A DNA stretch of 64,000 nt. It comes from the human T2T-CHM13v2.0 reference genome, Homo sapiens. Numbering within the stretch: the first letter of the stretch is position 1; each line of letters opens with the position of its first letter. Position numbers and translations under genes: made by a program. Below the pieces are notes generated by a model. That model saw only the letters and a list, made by a program, of their open reading frames with translations, made no database searches and was not told the origin of the DNA. The stretch is from NCBI RefSeq assembly GCF_009914755.1, contig NC_060933.1; one strand, 5' to 3'. Below are positions 15,945 through 27,953 of the stretch, in pieces.

Positions 15945-16290
15945 GATCAGTGTGAAATATAGAAATGTATATTATATAATCATATTACATAATTTTATAA
16001 TATATAAAATAGAACTATAATGTGAGCTACACCATCTATAATTTTCTCATAGCCACATTGAGAATGTAAAAAGAAACAGGTAAAATTAATTTTTATATTT
16101 TATTTAGCCCCAAATATCATTTCAACATGTAATCAATACTAAAAAAATAGGGAGACACTTTATATTTCTAAGTCTCTGAAATCTGGCATGTGTTTCATAC
16201 CCACAGCACGTCTCAATTCAGAGCAGCCCATGTCAAGTACTCAACAGTCACATGTGGCCAGCAGCTTCTGAATTGGACCGTGCAGCACTA
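15945..16290. mobile_element. hAT-Charlie MER33-like element
   Basis: tagccacatt...aaaagaaacaggtaaaattaat...cacatgtggccag...attggac. Confidence 0.6.
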
Positions 16291-16432
16291 GACATGAGGG
16301 GTCAGCTAAGGCCCCAGCTCCTGCTCAGTGTGATGATTTGACATTGCTTTATTTTGTGGACAACATATAGGACGAAGAAGAAATGTGTCTCCGGCTACGG
16401 AACCAAGAATGGTGGTGGCAAAAGGAAACGAA

Positions 16433-16715
16433 GCCTGTAATCCCAGCACTTTGGGAGGCCGAGGCAGGCATATCACCTGAGGTCAGGAGCTCAAGACCAG
16501 CCTGGCCAACATGGTGAAACCCCATCTCTACTAAAAATACAAAAATTAGCCAGGCATGGTGGCGCGTGCCTGTAATCTCAGCTTCTAGGGAGGCTTGAGG
16601 CAGGAGAATTGCTTGAACCCGGGAAGCGGAGGTTGCAGTGAGCCAAGACTGCACCACTGCACTCCAGCCTGGGCAACAGAGTGAGACTCTGTCTCAAAAA
16701 AAAAAAAAAAAGAAG
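16433..16715 (+). mobile_element. Alu (AluS-like, 5'-truncated)
   Basis: Begins gcctgtaatcccagc; inserted into L1. Confidence 0.9.
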
Positions 16716-17068
16716 AAAAGAAATGAAGTACTTGTATGTGCTACTCCAACAAGGATTAACTTTGAAAACATCATGGTAAGTGACAGATGTCAGACACAGG
16801 ACAAATATTGCGTGAATCTATTGCTATGAGACATCCACAATAGGCAAGCCTATAAAGACAGGAAGCAGAAGAGCAGCCGACGGAGGCTGGGGAAAGAGGG
16901 GATGGGGAGTGACTGCCTAATACAGATGAGGTTTCTTAGTGCGTGATGAAAATGTTCTAAAACTGACTGTGGTGATAGTGGCAGAACTGCAAATATACTA
17001 AAAACCGCTGAAGCAAGCAAACACTTTAAATGAGTCAACCGCATGGTATGTGAATTATATTTCAGTAA
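16716..17068 (+). mobile_element. L1MB-like 3' end
   Basis: aaatgaagtact...gatgaaaatgttctaaaact...gtatgtgaattatatttcagtaaa. Confidence 0.75.
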
Positions 17069-17071
17069 AGC

Positions 17072-17186
17072 AAGGGAAAGAAGGAGAGATGGGAGGGGAG
17101 GGAAGAGGAGAGGAGGGGAGGGGAGGAGAGAAGAGAAGAGGAGAGGGGAAGGGAGAGGAGAGGAGAGGAGGGAAGGGAAGGGAAGA
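17072..17186. repeat. (GGAGA/GGGAA)n purine tract
   Basis: About 115 nt of almost pure purine. Confidence 0.85.
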
Positions 17187-17959
17187 ATAAAATGGTGGTG
17201 CTTCTGAAAGAATTTGTTTTATGGGCATGGTAGTGCATGTAACTATTGCATTTCTCTTTTGGCATTGGCAACTAGGAAGCTCAAAGCTAAATGTGTGACT
17301 CTAATGTGCTTAGGGTCCAACAGAACATTTTATTTACTCACTCCACGTATTTTATTTTTTTCTACCCTTACTTCCTCTCTGCCCCAGTTTTCTCACTTCT
17401 GTTTTCAGAATGTGGCTAAAACGTATGTATTTTCATAAGGTGCTTTAAACCACTTCTGGAATAAAGCCAATGTACAGTTATAAACAGACCTGCAAACAAT
17501 TCACGGTTACTTGGACTGTTTGATGAAGATACGAAGACCCTTGAGAAGTAACTAGGAATTGATTTATTTAATAAAATGAACTAAGAAAGTGAGGCAACTT
17601 ATCCTGAAGAGGAAAAGGTAGAGTGGAGATTCTGTTACCCTTCCAGAATCCTGAAAGAGCTCAGAGTTTCCCGGGAGCCAGCCTAGAGACACTTCCAAGC
17701 ACAAGTGGAGGGATTTGGATGAGATGCAATGCCAAAAAGGGGGGTGAGACCTAGCACTGGTGACAAGGAGGAGGCTGGAGCTGTGTGGCCTCTAAAACCA
17801 GGGAGGGGCTCATGTTTTGGGGATGGCTGAGTTAACTCGGTGCAGAGGCAGGGGAATGACAAGTGAGACTCCCAGAGTGCCTCTCACCCAAGCAGGCAGA
17901 GGTTCTGTGTTCTCCAGGTGAGTTAAGTCTCTCGGGGGCAAAGCTGGGAGTCCACTCAC

Positions 17960-18114
17960 CTTGGCCAGGAACTGGCTGGCCTGAGAAGCCAGTGCCTGGG
18001 TCTGCTCTGCTGAGGACTGGTCCTCAGAGATGTCCCGGTTCTCCGGAAGCCACCCCAGGGTGGGCATGCTGGTAAGCGAGGAGGGGCTCAAGTCTCCTCG
18101 AGCTGATGGCCACC
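17960..18114 (-). CDS. AKNA: AKNA exon 6 (155 nt)
   Basis: ttccag|GGTGG...GCCAAG|gtgagt; (G)WPSARGD...SQFLAK. Confidence 0.95.
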
Positions 18115-18855
18115 CTGGAATACACAACTGCTGAAAGCTGGGGCCAAGAACAGTCCTTCCAGGAGCTGAAGGACTGAGGCTGAACGTCAAAGCCACCACC
18201 TCCATCATCAAGTTATAGCTCAGTCACCATGTGCGATCTTCACATCAGCCCCAGGAAGTGGGCTGGGTAGAACATTGTCCCCCATTTACAAGGGAGAACA
18301 AGGTCCAGATCTGCCCCAGGCCACATGGTTGGCTGGAGCAGAGCTACGCTAGGCCTCTGGGTTCCCAGTCAACAGCGTGGGCTCTCACACAGGGAGACGT
18401 GAGTTCCAATCCAGACACTTCCCCTCCATAGCTGTATGAACTTCAGCGTGTCCTCACCTCTCCAATTGGTCCCCTTGGCTGTCATGGGTGTGACAACAGT
18501 GCACACCTCAGCGGGTTATTGTGGGGATTAAGTGAGGTCACATGTGTCAAGGCTTAGCACAGGGCCTGGCTGAGATATGGGCTCCCCAGGGACAATGCTC
18601 TATGTTTTCAACTCACCCAGGGTCACCAAGATGCCAAGTGGCAGGGCCAGGGCTGCCCCCAGGCTGCTGTGGATCAAAGCAGGACACTTTCCACATCTCT
18701 GACCCTTTTGAGTCAAAGTGCCCAGGGTGGGGCCTTGCCTCCCTCCTTCCCCTGGCCTGAGGCCAGCGCCATCCCCAGGGTGAACCAAGTCAGTCCCACA
18801 GAGCAGAATCCCAGGCAGAAGGAGCCTCCAGCTGCAGCTCTTCTCCCGGACTCAC

Positions 18856-19012
18856 CTGAGGCCGCAGAGGCCTGGGGGTCCTCGGCCGGGCCCGGCCACC
18901 ACTCTGCAGAGCGGGGCTGTGGGATGGTGAAGGACAAGACCTTGGTCCCCTGGGGCACCATTCCCGTGTGGATGCTGTGGTTGGGCTGGGGTGGGTCAGA
19001 GAACAGGTTCAC
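18856..19012 (-). CDS. AKNA: AKNA exon 5 (157 nt)
   Basis: ttccacag|GTGAAC...TCAG|gtgagt; VNLFSDPP...ASAAS. Confidence 0.95.
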
Positions 19013-19699
19013 CTGTGGAAGCAGGGAGGCACAGCACAGCCAAGTCAGGGTAGGGGCAAACCCACCTGAAACGCCTCATCTTCATTCAGGAGCTCAACAC
19101 ACATGCCCTGTAGTAATAAATACCATCTTTCAGTGCAGCCCTTGGCTAGGCCAAACACAGGTGAAGAACTGCATGCCTTTTCATTTACTCTTAATGGCAG
19201 TCCTGAAAGGAAGACAGGGTGGGGACCCCAACAGCCCATTATATAGAAGAAAAAACTGAGACACAGAGAGGTTATTAAGTCAGTTACTCAAAATCCCCAG
19301 CTGATAAGTCCTTGGATGAGGATCACAACACTGCTCTATCTGACCCCAACACCTATGGTTCTCCTATTAACAGTAATTTTTTATTAATAATGTGTGTTAT
19401 AATTATATCATAATTAATATACCATATAACATATAATTATTTCTTAACAAATATAAGCATTTCTAATAATTATTATACTGATAATAATAGCAACTAATAG
19501 CTATTCGAATGAATGAGTGAACCAGCAAGTAAACAAACTAATCTGCCATTGGTAGCGGATCTCTATCATTTGAGGATGGATTTAACATGGCAGCCAGCCC
19601 AGTTGGTGAGGGAGCAGTCTGGAGTCAGGCAGGTGACCAAGGAAGGCCTCTTGAAGCTGGAAAGCAGAGGGAAACCACAGGCTGTTCAACAGCTTAAAG

Positions 19700-19896
19700 C
19701 AGAGTTGAGAGAACTATGTTCTGTTTTTGTAAAGAAGGTTTTATTGAACACAGCCATGCCTGTTTGTTTATGTGTTGTCTATGGCTGCTTTCACACTCTG
19801 GTGGCAGAGTTGAGTAGTTGTGACAGAGACTATATGCTCCACAAAGCCAAACATTGTCACAATCTGGCCCTTTACAGAGAAAGTTTGCCAACTCTG
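19700..19896 (+). mobile_element. MER58A-like hAT element
   Basis: gttttattgaacacagcca...ctggccctttacagagaaagtttgccaac; partly conserved TSD gctta. Confidence 0.75.
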
Positions 19897-20021
19897 GCTT
19901 AGCATGTGGGCTCTGCAGCTAGAGCCCAGGTTCCTGTCTAGGCTCTACCACAGCACACCTCTGAGTCCTAGTTGGTTTAATAACCTCTCTGCGCACAAAA
20001 TAAGTGCTCAATAAATAGTGG

Positions 20022-20372
20022 CCACCACCCTGACATTCATCACCATTATCTTCACCACCACCGTCATCACCACTACCATCATTAGCATCACCATCAGCAT
20101 CACCATCAGCATCATCACCATCAGCATCATCACCACCACTGTCATTACCACCACCATCATCACCGTCAGCACCATAACAATCACTATTACCATCACCATC
20201 ATTCACCATCATTACCATCACCATCACTATCACCATTATCACCAACACCATCACTATTACCACCACCATCATCACCATTTTTACCATTACCGTCATCATC
20301 ATAACCATCACCGTCATCATCGTAACCATCACCATTATCACCATCACCGTTATCGTCATCACCATCATTATC
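20022..20372. repeat. Degenerate (CAC/CAT)n trinucleotide repeat, about 350 bp
   Basis: catcaccatcac... array; source of the His-, Thr/Ile- and Met/Val-rich pseudo-ORFs. Confidence 0.92.
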
Positions 20373-23300
20373 TGCACAGCCACCATGGAGACAGGCCCGT
20401 GGAAAAGCAACACCCCTTAGTGGGATTTGCTCATCATGATGTTGGGGGGTTATCTTAACTGCCCCCACTGCACCAAGGTCAGGAATGAGCAGTTTAGGGT
20501 GGGCCTGGTGGAAGGGGCTCCCTGGCCCCCAGGCAAGCAGGCTCTCTTGCTTAAGCTGTATAGGTCCCGGCTGTAGCCGAAAAATCAACTCCAAGTGTGG
20601 CATGGTCCCCGCCGCCTCCCCCTCTTTCAGGCCCAGCCTCCCCAGATGAGAACAAAGCTGGATTTTAATAATCCCCTCAGCCATCTGCTCAGACTCCCCT
20701 GTGGGGGCCTTTCCTATCAGCACCCCTCTCCTGAGGTGACCCAAATCCCAGGGGAGGCCCAGCCCTCTGACATGTTTCCCTCCCCAGACCCCTCTCTCAG
20801 CCTCAGGCCCCACCTAGGGAGTGACAGGGAATGGGGATGGGCCAGGGAAGCCAGGAAGCCCTTTTGTTTCAGGGACCGATAAGGAGTTTGAAGCAGAGAA
20901 GCCCAAAACCTGAGCAGATGCCCAGGCAGAGCGATGAGGTGGGGAGTGGCGGTGGGGGTGGGGGTGGCAGCTGCAGCTGCTCCGGCCAGGCCCTCCCAGG
21001 GCTGGTCTCTCTGGACACAGCCAGGGTGTCCCGGGTGCTCCCCAAGGCTGGATTCACTCCCTTGGGGGATTCTGTGAAAGGTGAATCAGGATTCTGTGAA
21101 GGGAGGACTAGTGAATTTGGGAAACATTGGGTTAAACAAATGAATATTCTCTGCACAGATGGATTTCTCTCAGCCTTTAAAATGCTAATGGGCTTTATGA
21201 ATGGGGAGGGAGGGGAGGAGGAAGAGAGAGAGGAAGATGTTTCCCCAACTCATCTGCATACAGAAGCCTCCCCCTCCCCCCATCCCCACCCAGGGGCTTC
21301 TAGACCAACTTGCAGCCATCAGAACACACTGAAAAGAGGTGGTTTTACATCATCTCCGTAATTCCTTCTTGGGTAATTTCTGGTCACCTCAGCTCTTCCA
21401 GATCCCTCTTCAGCTGAGATGGAGGAACAGGGGCTGGGGGGGAGGTGGCAACATGGCAGCAAATGCAGTGAGATCACTATAAACCCTGGCCAGAGGCCAG
21501 TGTAGAGAACAGAGCCCACCAGTGACTCCTGACCAGTCCTGGCTCCCTGCCCCACAGCTGGGCTCCCTGGTCCTGCCCCAACCCCAAGGCTCCAGACCCA
21601 TCGGTGTTCCTGGGCCAGGCCTCCCCAGCTGCAGATCCCGCAACTACCAAGTCTAGTTCTGCTAGAGTGTGGTGTCACTCGTGGGCTTCAGAGCTAGGCT
21701 GCCGAGTTCCAACTCCTGCTCTGGCACCTACTTGTTGAATGATCTTGGTCAAGTTATTTAACCTCTCTGTGCCTCAGCTTCCCCAACTGCAAATTATTTA
21801 AGAGAGTGGTCCATAAACATCACCTATGACCATTCTTATTACTATAACAGTCATCAATCCACCTCATCCCTATGCCTGTCTCCACACCCAGTGCCAGGGC
21901 CTGAGTGCCAGGGCTTACCCAGGCATGAGGAAAGAAACACCTGTTCTGGAATCAGGGAGATGTAGGTTTCAGTCCCAGCTTTGCCTGTTGCACCAGCTGT
22001 GGGATGTTGAGCAAACCATTCCACCTGGCTGTGCCTTGGTGTGTGTGTGGAGGGGCTCAAATATGACCCTGAAGCTGGGGTGGGATACCTGTTGCTGCTC
22101 AGTGAATGTCAATCTCCTTCCTATGGGTCCCCATCCATTGCTGTCCACCTACCCACCATGCCTAGCCTGGGTGTCCAGCGCAACATCCCCAGCGCGGCTC
22201 CCTCCCAGGTGGGTCCAGCCCTCCCCCGTGGGCTCTGAGCAGAGTGAAATGGCTCGGTGGGTTCTGAGGACTGCCTCTGAACTCGTGGGTTCTGAGCAGA
22301 AGACCATCCTGGGGTCTCTCCAGCCTTTGGGGTAGAGTGCACAGAGGTCCAGATGGAGTGAGGCACTGGCCAGCTGGAATCTCAGCTCCCCTCAAGCCCC
22401 ATGGACCCAGAGTGAATCCCCTCCCTGTTCCGGGGCTCTGTGTTCTCTTCTGCACATAGGAGCTGCAAGCCTGCCGTGTACTGTTCCTTCAGGGCAGCTG
22501 TGAGATGGGGTTGGGCAGGAGATGATAGTATCATCCTGCTTCCTTCCGGTAGAGCCCTGAATGGTGCTCACACTTCTTGAGGCTGAGAGAGGGGTTGGGG
22601 GAGGGAGCAGAGCCCTCGGGCCAAGCAATCATTTTTCCAGAAAGCGGGAGTGAGTGAGCTGGCACAGAACCATTTCTGGCCTCTCCTGTGACACCCTCAC
22701 ACACATGAGCCAGGGGTCTGGGTGCTGGCCAGGGCAGGGTGACTACACATGGGGGGGACCCTGAGTCCTACTGGGTCAAGGGAGCACCCACGAGAGGAGA
22801 TACCCCAGCTGTGCTCCCCCGTGTCCACCCCCGCCTGTCACTGTGGCTGGCACACAAGAGGCCTGGCAGTAAACACCTTTATAATATTCCCTAACTCTTA
22901 CAAAGTGCCTGCCTAGTGCCAGGTAAATGCTTTCTGTATACTGACTCATGCCCTTAAACGAGTGCAGGAGGAAGGAAGGGAGGAGGGAGGGTGCAGACGC
23001 TCCACGCCTCCAGCCCCCGCCACTCCATGACCTTCAGAGGCCCCTATCCCAACGGGAGGCCCAGTTTCCCAATCTGCCAAACGGGGAAGCCCAAGTGTTT
23101 GGGTCTGATGACCAGTTCCTTTCTCCTTGGACCTACTTGGAGTCTGCAGCCATGGGAATGTGGTTTCCCTAGAGAGGATGACCTAACAAAGCCCCTTCCC
23201 TCCCTTTCCCAACTCCCCCGTCTCTTCCAACCCTGGATCTGGCTCAGTGGTTCAGAAAGCTGGAAGGAGCCTGCTTGGCTCCCAGGAGGAAGTCTGATTA

Positions 23301-23381
23301 GCCCCTCTTTTACAGATGTGCCCGATGAGGCCAAGAGGGAAGGGTCCTGCCTGTGCCAGGCAGCAGGTGTGGGGACGCAGC

Positions 23382-23397
23382 GGGGGGGGGGGGGGGG
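23382..23397 (+). repeat. G16 homopolymer
   Basis: 16 consecutive G. Confidence 0.9.
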
Positions 23398-24014
23398 TCC
23401 TGGTCCTAGAACAGGCCCCCTTCCATTTCCTCACCACAGTGGCCTCCGCCCACCTGCCCCGGAAGTGCCTCTCGACATTGAGAGCAGCAGCTGTGGCAGG
23501 GGCAGGGTCCTGGAGCATGACAGGGGGAGGCACTGGGGCATCTGCATCTCTGCACCTCAGCTCCCACATCCTCCTCTACTGCTGCCTGATGAGGCAAGAG
23601 GAGGGCACAGCAAAAGCAGGAAGCCACGAGGGGCCGCACAGGTCCCACTTCCTGCCTCACTCAGAAAAGAGGAAGGTGCAGAATTCACAGCCTCCTCCGA
23701 AGACGGGGTGGGGGCTGGGGTGGTGGGTTCCCCCTCTGCTCTCCTCCTGCCCCATACTGCTGTTCAGGGGAGGGGAGAGGCTGTGGTGAGGTGGTGGGGA
23801 GGGAGAAAGGCAAAGGTGTGATCCAGGAAGATTCAGGCCCAAAAAACAAGCACCAGGGGCTGAGCAGAAATTCTGTGTTACTCTTTTGAGGCTCACAGAG
23901 CCCAAGTAACGTCCTTAAGGTCACACAGCTGGTTAGCAATGGAGCCAGGAGTCGAACCCAGGTGGTCTTACTCCAGAACCCATCTAGAAGGAGAGAGATT
24001 CTCATGAAATTCCT

Positions 24015-24328
24015 GGGCTCATGGTAGCTCAGGCCTGTAATCCCAGCAGCACTTTGGGAGGCTGAGGCAGGAGGATCACTTGAGCCCAGGAGTTCAAGAC
24101 CAGCTTGGGCAACAAAGTAAGACCCCGTCTCTACAAAACATTGAAAAAAAAAAAATTAGCAGGGAATAGTGATGACTGCCTGCATTCCCAGCTACCAGGG
24201 AGGCTGAAGCAAGAGGATCCCTTGAGCCCAGGAGGTTGAGATTGCAGTAAGTTACGACCATGCCACTGCACTCCAGCCTAGGTGACAGAGCAAGACCCTG
24301 ACTCAAAAAAAAAAAAAAAAAAAAAAAA
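24015..24328 (+). mobile_element. Alu (AluJ-like)
   Basis: gaggatcacttgagcccaggag; A-tail. Confidence 0.9.
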
Positions 24329-24513
24329 GCCCAGGGAAGGCAAGGTCACTGCCCAAGGTCACAGAGGGACCTTGGGGTAGAAGAAAACTGGCGTTCCACT
24401 ATCTCCAGGGCCTCAGTAGATGGAGGAGGCAGTGGCCTTTCTCTAGGACTATGGAAAAGTGTCACCTCCTCGGGGACTTGGGCCCATGCCTCCACCCCAT
24501 CCCGGCCTGGTAC

Positions 24514-24588
24514 CTTGGCCCCGAGGCGTAGCTGGTCAATGGTGTTCTCGGCCTCAGCGTACTTGGTGAGGAGCCTGTGGTAGTCTTC
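24514..24588 (-). CDS. AKNA: AKNA exon 4 (75 nt)
   Basis: tttctgcag|GAAGAC...GCCAAG|gtacca; EDYHRLLTKYAEAENTIDQLRLGAK (coiled-coil-like); missed by the ORF track. Confidence 0.94.
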
Positions 24589-25249
24589 CTGCAGAAAGCG
24601 GGAGCAACACGGTCACATGCGCAGGCACACAATGAACCCCTCCTTGCTGGGAGACCCTGATAGCAAACCCCCTTCCATAAGGGCTTCTGGGTTCCTGAGA
24701 GGAAAGCATTCAATGGTGGGATCCGAGCTGAGCAATCTTCAGGCTTGTGTGCAACACAGACCCACCACGTTCAAGTTCTGGAGCATGAGAGGGCAGTGGG
24801 ACAACTCTTCTACCCCCATGACAACGGGTCTAGACTGAGGGCCTCTGGCTGGTTTACCTTGATACATAACCCATGTCGCAGATGGCTGCCACTGTTTTAT
24901 TTCTCCAAATGCCCTGCCCACCGGTTGGCTCTGTGGGGTGAGGCCCATATCTTTCTTTCCCCCTGCTGCACTGTCGGTGTTTAAGAAGCATGTGCTTAAG
25001 AAGTACCTGATTTTCAATGGCTAATTGAATGAATCACCCAAGAGTCCCATGGCAGAGAAATAGAAGACTTAAAATCACTGTTCCACCTACTCAGAGTCAC
25101 TTATCTTAAACAAGTCCAAAGAACTTTATAAAAACAAGTCATTGCAGGAAAAAAGGAAAAGCATGTCACCTTTGAAGGATGTGAGGAACTGACTCCTTCT
25201 GAAAACGGGTCGGTAACTAAGTAAGTACCATTATGGGTCAGTAACGGTA

Positions 25250-26240
25250 ACAGTAAAAGGACAGAACGGAACATCTCGCTGGCCCTTCCCATAGGAACAA
25301 GAACTTGGTAACCAAGTAGTTGATGAGGGACACTTTTACTTTTTAGCATATTTCCAGCAATTAATGCAGGAATGAGAGCATTAGCATACTACCACTTTGT
25401 CACCTCAAATGAAAGACTAGCCCAAGACAATGACCATCAGAGGCTGTCAAAATCACCAACAAGAGAGCAGCAGGCATCCTGTGCTTACTGAAGGAGGCAC
25501 TCACGTGCTCTTGCCAAAACTCCCCACGCCCGTGGAGCTCATGGTCTGGAGGGGAAATGGTCATGTTTCTCCTCCAGACCACCAAAGCCTCTAGCTCAAA
25601 ACCTAACAATATTCAAGAAAAAGAGGACAATGGGACGCATGAAAAGAGACCACAGCACATCAGCAAAGCCCAGACTGCGGACGACTCTGCAGGACAGACT
25701 GATTTCCGCAACAAATGAATTGCACGGCAGAAGTAAGAAGGAGGACGGACTAAGAGAGTAAAAGAGATCTGAAAAAGTAAATGCAAGAAAGAAAGAAAGA
25801 AAAAGACAAAGGGAGAGGACAGACTTGAAAGGCACCAAATGCAATATACAAGCCATGTTTGGATCCTGAGGCCCATGGACGGGAACGAATAAGCCATTTA
25901 TGAGACACAGAGAGATCTGAATGCGGGTGTGATATTTGTTCATATTTAAGGACCTGGTGTTAACATTTAGGTGACCATGGTATGTGGTTATGTTTAATAT
26001 AAGGTCTTTATCTTTAGACATACACACACTAACACATTTTTAGATAAAAGGATTGGATGCCTGAAATTTTGCTTCAAAATAATCTAGTGGGGGTGAATAG
26101 GGGAGAGGTAAGGCCACAGGCGAGAAAGGTTTTCGGGGCTGCTAATTGTGGATGCGGGGGGTAGGTACATGGGAGTGTATTCTACGATCTTCTCTCTTGT
26201 ATATGTTTTAATTTTTTTATAGCAGAAGTTGAAAAGAAGC
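25250..26240 (+). mobile_element. Old L1 (L1MC4/5-like) 3' region
   Basis: tttagacatacacactaa...ggatgcctgaaattttgcttcaaaataat...ggtacatgggagtgtattctac. Confidence 0.6.
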
Positions 26241-26357
26241 AAACAGATCATCCTTGAAACACGAGTACAATCACTGGTCTTTTTGAGCAAAGGGCTTGGG
26301 TGTATCTCAGGGCTCCAGGTACACCCTCCCTCCACCAGCAGGGAGTTCCTGGCCCAA

Positions 26358-26837
26358 ACCCCAGGCCTCCCTACCGCAGCCAGCCTCTACCCCAGGGCTT
26401 CCTGCCCAAGCCAGCCTCTACCCCAGGCCTCCCCACCCCACCAGCCTCTATCCCAGGGCTCTCCACCTCAGCCAGCCTCCACCCCAGGCCTCCCCACCCC
26501 ACCAGCCTCTATCCCAGGGCTTCCTACCCCAGCCAGCCTCCACCCCAGGCCTCCCCACCCCACCAGCCTCTATCCCAGGGCTTCCTACCCCAGCCAGCCT
26601 CCACCCCAGGCCTCCCCACCCCACCAGGCTCTACCCCAGGGCTCCCCACCCCAGGCCTCCCCACCCCACTGGCCTCCATCCCAGGGCTTCCCACCCTAGC
26701 CAGCCTCCACCCCAGGCCTCCCCACCCCACCAGCCTCCGTCCTAGGGCTTCCCACCCCAGCCAGGCTCTATCCCAGGCCTCTCCACCCCAGCCAGCCTCT
26801 ACTCCAGGCCTCCCCACCCCAATTAGCCTCCACCCCA
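26358..26837. repeat. C/G-rich minisatellite (VNTR), 61-bp unit, about 8 copies
   Basis: Unit ccagcctccaccccaggcctccccaccccaccagcctctatcccagggcttcctaccccag, built from about 30-bp and 15-bp subunits. Confidence 0.92.
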
Positions 26838-26886
26838 AGCCAACAGGGGCCTTGGTGACACATCCACAGCCATGAGTCCCACTAAC

Positions 26887-27953
26887 CTGGAGCTGATGGA
26901 CCAGCTCAGTGGCTTGCTCAGGCGTCTGAAATTCTTGGGGTACCCTGGTGATAGGGTGGGCAGGAGGCGTGTCCTTTGCCAGGGCTGCTTCTCCACTGCT
27001 CAACAGCACCTCCTGCACAATCTCAGCTGGAGACTTGAAGATGAGGGGCCTGGCAGGGGCCTGAGGCTTCCTGTTGTGGCTTCTGGACTTGGGGGGACGG
27101 TAGCTCTCATCTTTGGGGAATCTCACCCGGGGCCCTACCTTGGAGAAATCAGGGAGTGGGTAGTTCAACTGCCCCCGGCCATACTTGGGGGCATTAGAAG
27201 AGGAGCGGCCAGCCAGAGTGGCTCCCTGTCTGGGCAGCGGCCTGCCCTGCCGCGTTGGCCTGGGCTGGGGATTCAGGGGGCTGATGGAGCCAATGAATCG
27301 GGAAGGGAGTGGCTTAGGTGACGTCTTTGTCTGCTTCCAGATGTGTTCCTTGGGCTGAGGGCAGAAGAATCTGGTCGTTTCTCTCCTCCATCTATCTGTG
27401 GCATGCTGCGGACTCTGGGCTGGGGGAGCTGAGGAGTCCTGGAATTCCATGGGGGTTGCCCGAGCAACACTGCCTCCAGTTCTGCCATCTGGGCTTAGGA
27501 GGTGGTGGCTGGGGCCCTCTGGCAAGGTTTCTGCCAGGGCAGTGGGCTGGGGGCCATCGGTCTCTCCTTCCCAGGTAGAATCAAGGCTGTCACTAGGGTG
27601 GTCGAGGCTCACTGTCCCACTGCTCCAGGACCTTGCCGGGCTGAGTTCAACGGATGGGTTGACCTCGGAATGTTCAGAAAGTTTGTCCCCACTGGCTTGT
27701 TCGCCAGAAGCCACCCAGCCCCTGGCCTGACCATGCCCAAGAGCCATGGGGCTGGTGTTTCCATGGCCTTCCAAGCTGAGACCAGCCTCATACCCCAACC
27801 TTGAGGAGCTCTCTCCAGCCTCCTCAACCTCCAGACTTCCGAGGGTCCCATCTGGCTCCTCTTCAGTCATGTCCAGCTGACGGCCCTGCTGGGGGAGCCA
27901 GGCAAGAGGCTCATGGGAACTTGCTGGGCTGTCCACATCCTCTGCTTCAGCCT
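26887..27953 (-). CDS. AKNA: AKNA exon 3 (1067 nt)
   Basis: tttccag|AGGCT...CTCCAG|gttagt; (E)AEAEDVDS...ELVHQLQ. Confidence 0.96.

Noticed and set aside
19919-20813. His-rich, Met/Val-rich and Asp/Gly-rich ORFs of 146-204 aa
   Set aside because: By-products of the (CAY)n repeat; no splice or promoter support
22991-23821. 276-aa plus-strand ORF
   Set aside because: GTG start, GC-rich low-complexity sequence, and frame dependent on the G16 run length
26358-26837. Resemblance to a CRISPR array or an immunoglobulin switch region
   Set aside because: No unique spacers and a eukaryotic context; TGGGG is present but AGCT/GAGCT motifs are essentially absent
26229-26875. Pro-rich plus-strand ORFs in all three frames
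   Set aside because: Produced by the C-rich VNTR strand, which has few stop codons
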